This document shows, one piece after another, positions 17,559 to 27,158 of a stretch of DNA of 47,135 nucleotides (position 1 is the first letter of the stretch; each line of letters starts with the position of its first letter). The DNA is from an uncultured Phocaeicola sp. (lineage in GTDB: Bacteria > Bacteroidota > Bacteroidia > Bacteroidales > Bacteroidaceae). The notes beneath the pieces were generated by a model that searched no databases, was not told where the DNA came from, and saw nothing but the letters and a program-made list of their open reading frames with translations. The DNA is taken from positions 1 through 47,135 of the forward strand of contig CAZJFI010000001.1 of the NCBI GenBank assembly GCA_964545265.1, given 5' to 3'. A program made the translations under genes and the position numbers.

Positions 17559-17966
17559 TTAATAAGTGATGACTGGTTCCAATTCCTTGGCTTGTGCAAT
17601 CATCTTTTCCAATTCTGGTAATGAAGGAACGCGGTTGCAAAGATTCTTTTCAGCATTCACTTCAGTAACCTTAGCGTGAAGGTTTGCAGGAATGCGATGA
17701 CGGAATTCCTTTACTGTATCAACACCTGAGGCTTCCAATAATTCAGCAAACTGACCAGCAATGCCATTGATACGGAAGAGGTCTGCATGGTTAGTCCACT
17801 TCAAAATCAACTTTTCGCTGATGCCTGTTTCTTCAGCCAATGCTACGCGGCCTTTCTTGGCTGCACACTTTTCCAATAAATCTTCAGTAGTCTTTACGCC
17901 AGCAACTTGCATTTTTTCAGCATATACTGCACCAATGCCTTCAATTTGTTCAATCTTATATCCCAT
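17559..17966 (-). CDS. DUF4332 domain / helix-hairpin-helix protein
   Basis: IEQIEGIG, WTNHADLFRINGIAGQFAELLEASGVDTV. Confidence 0.85.
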   Translation of the reverse strand: MGYKIEQIEGIGAVYAEKMQVAGVKTTEDLLEKCAAKKGRVALAEETGISEKLILKWTNHADLFRINGIAGQFAELLEASGVDTVKEFRHRIPANLHAKVTEVNAEKNLCNRVPSLPELEKMIAQAKELEPVITY

Positions 17967-18029
17967 GATACTTTTATTTTAAAGGTTAATAAAATGCACT
18001 AAGTAACTATATTTTTTTTGAATCCCATA

Positions 18030-18623
18030 TTAAATCAAACTTTTTTGAAGTTTGATTATTCTTTCCCAAACTTTGGGATGAACAAAGTAGCGTACATCCT
18101 TTCCGGCTCCCAGACTTTCGCGGATAAAGGTGGAGCTTACTTCGAGTAAAGGAGTCTCAACTAGGGTGATAGAAGGGGGTAGCTCGTCTTTATTTACTTC
18201 ATATCCCGGACGTGGATACACCAATACTTTATGGCGGGCAATAATTTCATCTGCTGAACGCCAACGTGGGAACAAAGCCCAATTGTCGGCTCCGATAATC
18301 AAGGTAAATTCATTGTTAGGATAAGTTTCTTTCAATGCATTGAGCGTATGAATGGTGAATGAGGGTCGAGGCAATTGAAATTCAATGTCGCATACCTTGA
18401 ATTTAGGGTAGTCTTCTGTAGCGAGACGAGCCAATTCCAAACGCAAATCGTCATCCCACAATTTGGCATTTCTTTTTAGGGGATTTTGGGGAGAGACCAT
18501 GAACCAAACCTCATCCAAATGGCTGAATTCACACAAATAGTTGGCAAGTGCCAAGTGGCCGATATGAATAGGGTTGAATGACCCTCCGAAAAGTCCGATT
18601 CTTTTTATGCTTTCTTCTGCCAT
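18030..18623 (-). CDS. nadD: Nicotinate-nucleotide adenylyltransferase
   Basis: [28 protein letters not shown]. Confidence 0.95.
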   Translation of the reverse strand: MAEESIKRIGLFGGSFNPIHIGHLALANYLCEFSHLDEVWFMVSPQNPLKRNAKLWDDDLRLELARLATEDYPKFKVCDIEFQLPRPSFTIHTLNALKETYPNNEFTLIIGADNWALFPRWRSADEIIARHKVLVYPRPGYEVNKDELPPSITLVETPLLEVSSTFIRESLGAGKDVRYFVHPKVWERIIKLQKSLI

Positions 18624-18790
18624 TGCTTATAATTATAATATTGGCAAGCTATAAGGAATACACCAAAAGCGGCTATATAATATACTTTATCGAAAAGTGA
18701 CCAAATTGTTAATAAGGCGGCAAGAAAACCAATGATAACACATACATGCATCATAATTCGGGCTCTCTTCTGTTCTTTTGTAATGCTCAT
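18605..18790 (-). CDS. Small two-helix membrane protein (61 aa)
   Basis: Fills the gmk-nadD gap exactly on the same strand; two hydrophobic segments flanked by basic ends. Confidence 0.65.
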   Translation of the reverse strand: MSITKEQKRARIMMHVCVIIGFLAALLTIWSLFDKVYYIAAFGVFLIACQYYNYKQWQKKA

Positions 18791-18803
18791 AATACACTCG
18801 GAG

Positions 18804-19370
18804 TTACGAATTCAAAAACTTCTGAAGAATATTCAGCGTATCTGCTTTGGCTTTATCCAAATCGTCGTTAATGATTACCACATCGAATTTTTCGGCAAAA
18901 CTTAATTCAAATTCAGCTTTGGCAATGCGGCTTTCGATGACTTCCATGGTATCTGTGCCCCGACCAATCAGACGTCTGCGGAGTTCTTCAACGTTGGGTG
19001 GCTGTATAAAGACCGACAAGGCGCGTTCGCCATAGTATTTCTTGATATTACATCCACCCACTACATCCACATCGAATACCACATTGTAACCATCGGCCAA
19101 TTGTTTTTCGATGGGGGCTTTCAAGGTGCCGTAGAAACGGTTCTCGTATACTTCTTCGTATTCCAGGAATTCATTGTTGGCTATGCGTTGCTTGAATTCT
19201 TCAGGGCTGAGGAAATAGTATTCCACTCCATGTTGTTCTGTACCTCGTGGAGCACGACTGGTGGCCGAAATGGAGAATGCCAGATTCAAGCCTTGTGTCA
19301 ACAAGTAGTTGATGATAGTGGATTTTCCTGAGCCTGATGGGGCGGAGAATATAATCAGTTTTCCTTTCAT
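18804..19370 (-). CDS. gmk: Guanylate kinase
   Basis: SAPSGSGKST, SATSRAPRGTEQHGVEYYF, YGT. Confidence 0.97.
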   Translation of the reverse strand: MKGKLIIFSAPSGSGKSTIINYLLTQGLNLAFSISATSRAPRGTEQHGVEYYFLSPEEFKQRIANNEFLEYEEVYENRFYGTLKAPIEKQLADGYNVVFDVDVVGGCNIKKYYGERALSVFIQPPNVEELRRRLIGRGTDTMEVIESRIAKAEFELSFAEKFDVVIINDDLDKAKADTLNILQKFLNS

Positions 19371-19375
19371 GACAA

Positions 19376-20251
19376 TTACATTACATTCAAAACTTGTTCC
19401 TTGATTTGTTCCAATTCATCTTTCATGCGTACCACAATGTTCTGCATTTCGGCATGATTGGACTTGCTACCTGTAGTATTGATTTCCCGGCCCATTTCTT
19501 GAGCAATAAAACCCAACTTCTTGCCTTGTCCGTGTCCGTTGTTCATGGTTTCACGGAAATAGTTCAAGTGGTTGGCCAATCGTTGCTTTTCCTCGTTGAT
19601 GTCAAGCTTTTCGATGTAATAAATCAATTCTTGTTCAAGTCGGTTCTTGTCATAATCCACGCTGATGGTCTTTTCAAGCGCATCGGTAATGCGTTCGCGA
19701 ATCTTGGTAACCCGCTCGCTTTCGTAAGGCTCGATGGCTTTCATCAAGGCTTCAATGTTGTCAATCTTTTCATTGAACTTCTTGGCGAGTGCCTGTCCTT
19801 CTTGTTTACGGAAATCTACCAATTGTGCAATAGCTTCTTCAATGCCTTTGCGCACTACGGCCCATTCCTCGTCTGCAAGTTCTTGTACGTCTACTTTAGT
19901 CAGTACATCTGGCATACGTAGCAAAGTGGCAAACAAGTCGGTGGGTAAAGGAATTTGTGTGGTTTCGTTGATAGTCTTGAATTGTTCGTAGTAATTGTTC
20001 ATCAGTGCAGCATTGATGGGGGTAGCAGCTTCGGTCGCTTCTTTTTCTACCCAAAGGCTGAGGTCCACTTTCCCGCGTTCCAATGATTGCGAAATGAGGT
20101 TGCGTATTTCCATTTCTTTCTCGCGGTATAATGGTGCGATGCGTACCGACAAGTCCATCGCCTTGCTATTCAGCGATTTTATTTCTACGTGAATTTTTTT
20201 CTCTCCGAATGGTACGGTTGCTTTCCCGTATCCGGTCATTGATTGTATCAT
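19376..20251 (-). CDS. yicC: YicC/YloC-family endoribonuclease
   Basis: MIQSMTGYG, DINEEKQRL, GKKLGFIAQEMGREINTTGSKS; upstream of gmk as usual. Confidence 0.93.
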   Translation of the reverse strand: MIQSMTGYGKATVPFGEKKIHVEIKSLNSKAMDLSVRIAPLYREKEMEIRNLISQSLERGKVDLSLWVEKEATEAATPINAALMNNYYEQFKTINETTQIPLPTDLFATLLRMPDVLTKVDVQELADEEWAVVRKGIEEAIAQLVDFRKQEGQALAKKFNEKIDNIEALMKAIEPYESERVTKIRERITDALEKTISVDYDKNRLEQELIYYIEKLDINEEKQRLANHLNYFRETMNNGHGQGKKLGFIAQEMGREINTTGSKSNHAEMQNIVVRMKDELEQIKEQVLNVM

Positions 20252-20361
20252 ATTCATTAAATATTTTTGCAAAAGTAGTGTTTTTTTTCATTCGTAGGTA
20301 GGATTTTTGTATATTTGCGAACCTATCTGACCGCAAAAAGTAAAAACTTAATAAATATAGC

Positions 20362-21702
20362 ATGAAAAAGCAAAGAATTGTAGTGGGCATTATGGCCCTT
20401 ATGGGTATTCTTCCGATGGACGCCCAAGTGAATTTCGATGATTATTTTACCCCGAAAACCATGCGTTTGGATTATTACCATGCTGGTGATGCCAAGTCTG
20501 AACATTTCTTTGTTGACGAGGTAATTGAAGAACCCTATTGGGCCGGTAACAAGAACTACCTGGTTGACGAACGTACTATGGGTAACCATATCTTCAAAGT
20601 GCTTGATAAAGCCAGTGGAAAGGTTATCTATTCTCGTGGATACAGTACCCTTTTCAACGAATGGCAAGCCACTCCCGAAGCAAAGACTACCAGCAAGGCG
20701 ATGCCCGAAGGTGTTACTTTCCCTTATCCCAAGAACGATGTCATTGTAGAATTCTATACCCGTGAAAATTCTACCGGCAAGTATCACAAGAAATTTGCTT
20801 ATGAAATTGATGTGGACAGCTACTTCGTTCGTAAGGCTAAGCCCAATTTGAATACTATTGATGTTCACTATACCGGTAATCCGGCCAAGCGAGTGGACAT
20901 TGTTCTTATCTCTGAAGGTTATACAGAAGCCGAAAAGCAAAAGTTTGTCGATGCTTGTAAAATCTTTGCCGAAGGATTCTTCAGCTACTATCCATACTCA
21001 GTAAATAAGGATAAGTTCAATATTCGTGCCGTATGGGCTCCGAGTGCCGAATCAGGTATCTCCATCCCGGGCGAATATTTGTGGCGCAATACCACATTGA
21101 AGACTCATTATTATACTTTTGACTCTGAACGCTATCAGATGATTGAAGATTATCAATCCATTCTCGATGTAGCTGCTAATGTGCCTTATGAAATGATTTA
21201 TATCCTCACCAACTCCCAGAAATATGGTGGTGGAGGTATCTATAACTTCTATGGAATCAGCGCAGCAGATATTCCTGGCGCTTCTACCCGTAAGACTTAT
21301 AGCCATGAATTCGGCCATTCGTTCGTTGGTCTTGCTGATGAATATGTGGGTGGATCGGAAATGAGCGACCTTTACTTCCCCAATGTAGAACCTTGGGAAC
21401 AGAACATCACTACCCTTGCTAACCTTGAATCGAAGGATTGGAAGGAATTGTTGGGCAATGCTCCTGTACCTACTCCGGTAAAGGAAACCAATTGGGAATT
21501 GAATCCGCAGAACCCCGAATCCGCAGACTTTGACCCGAAGAAGCCTTGGAAACTCGGTGTATACGAAGGTGGCGGATACTTGTCGGAAGGCGTTTATCGT
21601 CCATGGCCTAACTGTATGATGAACTGGTTCCACCGCATCGATGTGTATTGCCCCGTTTGTTGTCGTGAAATTCAGAATACCATCGATTTGTATACTAAGT
21701 AA
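20362..21702 (+). CDS. Secreted M64-family (IgA peptidase-like) metallopeptidase
   Basis: Signal peptide; DIVLISEGYT, YGGGG, zinc motif HEFGHSFVGLADEY, C-terminal NCMM...CPVC. Confidence 0.9.
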   Translation: MKKQRIVVGIMALMGILPMDAQVNFDDYFTPKTMRLDYYHAGDAKSEHFFVDEVIEEPYWAGNKNYLVDERTMGNHIFKVLDKASGKVIYSRGYSTLFNEWQATPEAKTTSKAMPEGVTFPYPKNDVIVEFYTRENSTGKYHKKFAYEIDVDSYFVRKAKPNLNTIDVHYTGNPAKRVDIVLISEGYTEAEKQKFVDACKIFAEGFFSYYPYSVNKDKFNIRAVWAPSAESGISIPGEYLWRNTTLKTHYYTFDSERYQMIEDYQSILDVAANVPYEMIYILTNSQKYGGGGIYNFYGISAADIPGASTRKTYSHEFGHSFVGLADEYVGGSEMSDLYFPNVEPWEQNITTLANLESKDWKELLGNAPVPTPVKETNWELNPQNPESADFDPKKPWKLGVYEGGGYLSEGVYRPWPNCMMNWFHRIDVYCPVCCREIQNTIDLYTK

Positions 21703-21723
21703 TACTATATCGGTTATAAATAG

Positions 21724-21782
21724 GAAAGCGTCGTTTTTTCACTCGGAAAACGACGCTTTCTTCTTTGTAAAACGATGAGTTA
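21724..21782. repeat. Three 13-bp units at 22-bp period; the first two form a terminator-like hairpin after the M64 gene
   Basis: AAAGCGTCGTTTT (21725), AAAACGACGCTTT (21747), AAAACGATGAGTT (21769). Confidence 0.75.
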
Positions 21783-21916
21783 TACTAAAGTGTAGTCAGT
21801 AAGTCAGAAGAATCAGTTGTTTTTTGACCATACATTCCCCTAAGGAAACTCAAAAAATAGCGATGTTTTTCAATAAAAAGTGTATCTTTGCACCATATTA
21901 TAGAAAGATTGCATTT

Positions 21917-22606
21917 ATGTCGTGTATTTTGCATATAGAGACCTCTACGGAGGTTTGTTCGGTAGCCGTTAGCGAAGACGGATTGGCAGAATTCAAAAGA
22001 GAAGATTTTCAAGGCCCCCAACATGCCGTTCAATTAGGTGTGTTTGTGGATGAGGCGTTATCGTTTGTGGATAGTCACGCCATGCCTCTCGATGCGGTGG
22101 CCGTAAGTTGTGGCCCCGGATCATATACCGGTTTGCGTATCGGTGTATCGATGGCGAAGGGTATTTGCTACGGTCGCAATCTTCCTCTGATTGGTATTCC
22201 TACCTTGGAGGTGATGTGTGTACCCGTACTTCTGCAACAGGAATTGCCCGAGGATGCTTTGCTTTGTCCTATGATTGATGCACGCCGTATGGAAGTTTAT
22301 GCAGCCTTGTACGACAGAGCATTGAACGTGAAGCGTGAGATAGCTGCCGATATTGTAGATGAGCAATCGTATCTGAACTTTTTGGAGGAACATCCCGTTT
22401 ATTTCTTTGGTAACGGAGCCGCTAAATGTCGCGAAAAGATAACTCATCCCAATGCTCATTTTATAGACAATATCCGTCCGTTGGCCCGATGGATGTTCCC
22501 ATTGGCAGAGAAAGCCATGAGCCAAAAGGATTTCAAGGATGTGGCTTATTTTGAACCTTTCTATTTGAAGGAATTTGTGGCATCCGTGCCTAAAAAACTA
22601 ATTTAA
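21917..22606 (+). CDS. tsaB: tRNA threonylcarbamoyladenosine biosynthesis protein TsaB
   Basis: ILHIETST, GPGSYTGLRIG, IDARRMEVY; -7 TATCTTTG at 21883. Confidence 0.95.
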   Translation: MSCILHIETSTEVCSVAVSEDGLAEFKREDFQGPQHAVQLGVFVDEALSFVDSHAMPLDAVAVSCGPGSYTGLRIGVSMAKGICYGRNLPLIGIPTLEVMCVPVLLQQELPEDALLCPMIDARRMEVYAALYDRALNVKREIAADIVDEQSYLNFLEEHPVYFFGNGAAKCREKITHPNAHFIDNIRPLARWMFPLAEKAMSQKDFKDVAYFEPFYLKEFVASVPKKLI

Positions 22607-22631
22607 CGAAACAAGCATATAAAAATAAAGA

Positions 22632-23255
22632 ATGGAATATAATACCCAGCGAAAGAAGATGCAGCTTCCCGAATACGGACGAAGCGTACAGAATATGGTT
22701 GACCATGCGTTGACTATTGAGGATCGTGCCGAACGTCAGCGTTGTGCAAATACCATTATCAAGATTATGGGAAACATGTTCCCGCATTTGCGCGATGTGC
22801 CCGACTTTAAGCATAAGTTGTGGGATCATTTGGCTATCATGTCCGATTTCAAACTTGATATAGACTATCCTTTCGAAGTGGTGAAACCCGAAGAGTTCGT
22901 TATGCGTCCCGAGCGGATAGAATATCCACAAGGGAAAATCCGCTATCGCCATTACGGACGATTTGTGGCCGATTTGGTGAAGAAAGCTGCCGTGATTGAA
23001 GACGAACAACAAAAGAAACGTTTGATCCGTTTGCTTGCCCTTCAGATGAAGAAGAGCTTCGTCAGTTGGAACAAGGATGGAGTAGAAGACCAGAAGATAG
23101 CCGATGATATGTGTGAATATGCCGAAGGCAAGTTGAACTTGACTGCTGAGGATTTGCATTTGAATGAACAACGAAACTTGTTTAACAACAATAACAACAA
23201 TCAGCGTCGTCAGAACAATCAGCGTCGTCAGAATAACCAACGTAGAAGATATTAA
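22632..23255 (+). CDS. DUF4290 domain protein
   Basis: MEYNTQR...LPEYGR, HKLWDHL, YRHYG; conserved position upstream of murA; N/Q/R-rich tail. Confidence 0.85.
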   Translation: MEYNTQRKKMQLPEYGRSVQNMVDHALTIEDRAERQRCANTIIKIMGNMFPHLRDVPDFKHKLWDHLAIMSDFKLDIDYPFEVVKPEEFVMRPERIEYPQGKIRYRHYGRFVADLVKKAAVIEDEQQKKRLIRLLALQMKKSFVSWNKDGVEDQKIADDMCEYAEGKLNLTAEDLHLNEQRNLFNNNNNNQRRQNNQRRQNNQRRRY

Positions 23256-23273
23256 TCCTTTAAATCCTATACC

Positions 23274-24578
23274 ATGGCTTCATTTGTCATAGAAGGCGGA
23301 CATAAACTGCATGGAGAAATCACTCCACAAGGTGCCAAGAACGAGGTGCTACAAATTCTTTGTGCCACATTGCTTACTTCTGAAGAAGTGACTGTACATA
23401 ATATTCCCGATATTCTCGATGTGAACAATCTGATACAATTGTTGCGGGAAATGGGGGTTAAAGTATCCAAAACAGGACTTTCTACCTATACCTTCCAAGC
23501 GGATTCGGTAGATTTGAACTATTTGGAAAGCGATGAATTCCTGAAAAGATGCTCCAGCCTTCGTGGCTCTGTGATGTTGGTAGGCCCGTTGGTGGCCCGT
23601 TTCGGGAAAGCTCTGATATCCAAACCCGGGGGCGATAAGATTGGTCGTCGCCGTTTGGATACTCATTTCTTGGGCATTCAGAAATTGGGTGCCGATTTTG
23701 AATACGATGCTTTACGGGGAGTATATCAAATCAAAGCTTCCCAATTGAAGGGAACCTATATGCTGTTGGATGAGGCTTCGGTAACAGGTACGGCAAACAT
23801 CGTGATGGCATCTGTACTTGCCAAAGGAAAGACAACCATCTACAATGCTGCTTGTGAACCTTATCTGCAACAACTTTGCAAGATGTTGAATGCCATGGGA
23901 GCACGCATTTCGGGCATTGCATCAAACTTGCTCACCATCGAAGGCGTGGATAGCTTGGGCGGATGTACACATACCGTATTGCCCGATATGATTGAAGTGG
24001 GTAGTTTCATCGGTATGGCGGCCATGACACAAAGCGAGATAACCATCAAGGATGTGTCTTACGAAAACTTGGGAATTATACCCGATAGTTTCCGTCGTTT
24101 GGGTATCCAGATGGAGCAAAGAGGAGACGATCTCTTCATTCCTGAACAGGAACACTATCAGATTGAATCGTTCATGGATGGTTCCATCATGACCATTGCT
24201 GATGCACCATGGCCGGGATTGACACCTGATTTGCTCAGCGTTATGTTGGTGGTGGCTACACAAGCCAAAGGAAGTGTGTTGATTCATCAGAAAATGTTCG
24301 AAAGTCGTTTGTTCTTTGTTGATAAACTGATTGATATGGGTGCTCAGATTATCTTGTGCGACCCGCATCGTGCCGTGGTAATCGGTCATGACCATTATCA
24401 TCATCTGAGAGGAGGTAACATGACTTCGCCTGATATTCGTGCCGGTATTGCCTTGCTGATTGCTGCGATGAGTGCTGAAGGAAGCAGTCGTATCCATAAC
24501 ATCGAACAGATTGACCGTGGCTATCAAAATATAGAACATCGTTTGAATGCCTTGGGCGCAAGAATAACCCGTATCTGA
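23274..24578 (+). CDS. murA: UDP-N-acetylglucosamine 1-carboxyvinyltransferase
   Basis: [35 protein letters not shown]. Confidence 0.96.
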   Translation: MASFVIEGGHKLHGEITPQGAKNEVLQILCATLLTSEEVTVHNIPDILDVNNLIQLLREMGVKVSKTGLSTYTFQADSVDLNYLESDEFLKRCSSLRGSVMLVGPLVARFGKALISKPGGDKIGRRRLDTHFLGIQKLGADFEYDALRGVYQIKASQLKGTYMLLDEASVTGTANIVMASVLAKGKTTIYNAACEPYLQQLCKMLNAMGARISGIASNLLTIEGVDSLGGCTHTVLPDMIEVGSFIGMAAMTQSEITIKDVSYENLGIIPDSFRRLGIQMEQRGDDLFIPEQEHYQIESFMDGSIMTIADAPWPGLTPDLLSVMLVVATQAKGSVLIHQKMFESRLFFVDKLIDMGAQIILCDPHRAVVIGHDHYHHLRGGNMTSPDIRAGIALLIAAMSAEGSSRIHNIEQIDRGYQNIEHRLNALGARITRI

Positions 24579-24580
24579 TT

Positions 24581-25102
24581 ATGATTAGGAAAGACGAAGT
24601 TTTTAAGATTGGCATGTTCAACAAGCCTCATGGGGTGAAAGGAGAAATCTCTTTTACCTTTACCGACGATATCTTCGATCGGGTGGATGGTGAATATCTT
24701 ATCTGCTTGTTGGACGGAATTTTTGTGCCCTTCTTTATAGAAGAATATCGTTTCCGCTCGGATACGACGGCTTTGGTGAAACTGGAGCGGGTAGATACCG
24801 CTGAACAAGCCCGTAAGTTTACAAATGTGGAAGTTTACTTTCCCAAAAAGTTTGCCGAAGCAGATGATTCGGAAGATATCCCTACTTGGAATTATTTTGT
24901 AGGCTTCGAGGTGAATGATATTCATCATGGTCGCTTGGGCGAAATTGTAGCTGTTGATGATAGTACGATGAATGTACTTTTTGCAATTGAACGTGAGGAC
25001 GGAGAAGAGATACTCTTGCCGGCTCATGAAGAATTCATCGTAAAGATAGAAAAGAAGAAAAGAGTGGTAACGGTGGATGTGCCTGAAGGATTATTGGACT
25101 AA
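24581..25102 (+). CDS. rimM: Ribosome maturation factor RimM
   Basis: IG...[10 protein letters not shown]-terminal PRC barrel ...PEGLLD. Confidence 0.93.
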   Translation: MIRKDEVFKIGMFNKPHGVKGEISFTFTDDIFDRVDGEYLICLLDGIFVPFFIEEYRFRSDTTALVKLERVDTAEQARKFTNVEVYFPKKFAEADDSEDIPTWNYFVGFEVNDIHHGRLGEIVAVDDSTMNVLFAIEREDGEEILLPAHEEFIVKIEKKKRVVTVDVPEGLLD

Positions 25103-25123
25103 CACTAACGGAGAGGAAACAGA

Positions 25124-25975
25124 ATGAAGAATAAACGAAAAGCATTTTGGAAGAACTTTAAGTTCAAATACAAACTTACCATAACCAACGAGAATACGTT
25201 GGAAGAGGTGGTTGGTATTCATGTGTCCAAACTGAATGGGGCATCAGTGTTGCTCGCCTCTGTTACGGTTATCTTCTTGGTAGCTGCTACCATCATTGCC
25301 TTTACTCCTCTGCGTAATTATTTGCCGGGTTATATGAATAGTGAAGTGCGCGAACAAGTGGTGACCAATGCTTTGCGTGCCGATTCACTTCAAGAGGCAC
25401 TGAACAGACAGAGCCTCTATATAATGAATATCCAAGATATCTTTCGTGGAGAGGTTCGAACGGATACGATACACTCCATCGACTCGCTTACGGTTGCCCG
25501 TTCGGAAGAATTGATGGAACGCACCCGTCAAGAGGAAGAGTTTCGTAAACAATACGAAGAAAAGGAACGCTATAACCTAACGGCAACAGACTATAATCTG
25601 ACATCGGGAATCATCTTCCATCGTCCTACACGAGGTATGATTTCGTCGGAATTTGATGCTAACAAAAAGCATTTTGGTGTAGACATTGCCGCTACTCCTA
25701 ACGAGAGCGTGTTGGCAACACTCGATGGAACGGTAATCCTATCTACTTATACGGCAGAAACAGGTTATGTAATCCAGGTGCAACATGGTCAGAATATGGT
25801 ATCAGTCTATAAGCATTGCGGTTCATTGCTGAAAAAAGAAGGAGATACCGTGAAAGCAGGTGAGGCCATTGCTTTGGTGGGAAATACCGGTGAAAAGACT
25901 ACCGGGCCTCATTTGCATTTTGAATTGTGGAATAAAGGTCGTGCACTCGACCCTTCTAAATACATTGTATTCTAA
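25124..25975 (+). CDS. M23-family metallopeptidase (membrane-anchored)
   Basis: HFGVD, YKHC, VGNTGEKTTGPHLHFE; N-terminal TM helix. Confidence 0.9.
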   Translation: MKNKRKAFWKNFKFKYKLTITNENTLEEVVGIHVSKLNGASVLLASVTVIFLVAATIIAFTPLRNYLPGYMNSEVREQVVTNALRADSLQEALNRQSLYIMNIQDIFRGEVRTDTIHSIDSLTVARSEELMERTRQEEEFRKQYEEKERYNLTATDYNLTSGIIFHRPTRGMISSEFDANKKHFGVDIAATPNESVLATLDGTVILSTYTAETGYVIQVQHGQNMVSVYKHCGSLLKKEGDTVKAGEAIALVGNTGEKTTGPHLHFELWNKGRALDPSKYIVF

Positions 25976-25978
25976 GTG

Positions 25979-27127
25979 ATGAAAAAGAAACAGATAGCTA
26001 TATTGGGATCGACCGGTTCTATCGGAACTCAAGCCTTACAGGTTATTGAAGAACATCCCGATTTATATGAAGCCTATGCTTTAACTGCTAATAATCAGGT
26101 AGAGTTGTTGGCAGAACAAGCAAGAAAATTCATGCCCGCGGCTGTAGTAATAGCCAACGAATCCAAATATGCGCAATTAAAGGAGTTATTGGCCGATTTG
26201 CCTATTCAAGTGTATGCCGGTGCAGATGCCCTATGCGAGATAGTAGAAGCCAAACCCATTGATGTGGTGCTGGCGTCTATGGTGGGATATGCCGGTTTGC
26301 GCCCTACCATGAATGCAATTAAGGCAGGCAAAGCAATCGCATTGGCTAACAAGGAGACTTTGGTGGTGGCTGGTGAATTGATAAACGCTTTGGCTCAACA
26401 GTATCATACTCCTATTCTGCCGGTAGATTCAGAACATTCAGCTATCTTTCAATGTTTGGAAATGAATAATCCGTTGGAAAAGGTAATACTTACCGCTTCG
26501 GGTGGACCTTTCCGTACATTTACCAAAGAGCAGTTGCAATACGTAACCAAGGAACAGGCATTGAAGCATCCTAATTGGGATATGGGAGCAAAAATAACTA
26601 TCGATTCGGCTACGATGATGAATAAAGGCTTTGAAGTGATTGAAGCCAAATGGTTGTTTGGAGTGCGTCCAGATCAGATTGAGGTTGTGGTACATCCGCA
26701 GTCGGTAATCCATTCCATGGTACAATACGAGGATGGTGCGGTGAAAGCTCAATTGGGAGTGCCCGATATGCGTTTGCCTATTCAATATGCCTTTTCGTAT
26801 CCACAACGTATCAAGGCATCGTTTGACCGATTGGACTTCTCACAGATGAAAGCGTTAACTTTCGAACAACCTGATACGGATCGTTTTCGTTGTTTAGCTT
26901 TGGCTTACGAAGCGTTGAATCGGGGTGGTAATATGGCTTGTATTGTCAATGCTGCTAATGAAGTGGTGGTATCAGCCTTCTTGCATGATCGTATTTCCTT
27001 CTTGCAGATGAGTGAGGTGATAGAACAAACCATGGGTAAGGTGACGTTTATCCAGACGCCATCGTATGAAGATTATGTGGCAACTGATGCTGAAGCGCGT
27101 TGTGTGGCCCGGAATCTAATAAAATGA
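25979..27127 (+). CDS. dxr: 1-deoxy-D-xylulose-5-phosphate reductoisomerase
   Basis: ILGSTGSIG, LANKE, PVDSEH, LTASGGPF, HPNWDMGAKITIDSAT. Confidence 0.97.
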   Translation: MKKKQIAILGSTGSIGTQALQVIEEHPDLYEAYALTANNQVELLAEQARKFMPAAVVIANESKYAQLKELLADLPIQVYAGADALCEIVEAKPIDVVLASMVGYAGLRPTMNAIKAGKAIALANKETLVVAGELINALAQQYHTPILPVDSEHSAIFQCLEMNNPLEKVILTASGGPFRTFTKEQLQYVTKEQALKHPNWDMGAKITIDSATMMNKGFEVIEAKWLFGVRPDQIEVVVHPQSVIHSMVQYEDGAVKAQLGVPDMRLPIQYAFSYPQRIKASFDRLDFSQMKALTFEQPDTDRFRCLALAYEALNRGGNMACIVNAANEVVVSAFLHDRISFLQMSEVIEQTMGKVTFIQTPSYEDYVATDAEARCVARNLIK

Positions 27128-27158
27128 AATAGATTAACTAAATAGAAATAGACTTTAG

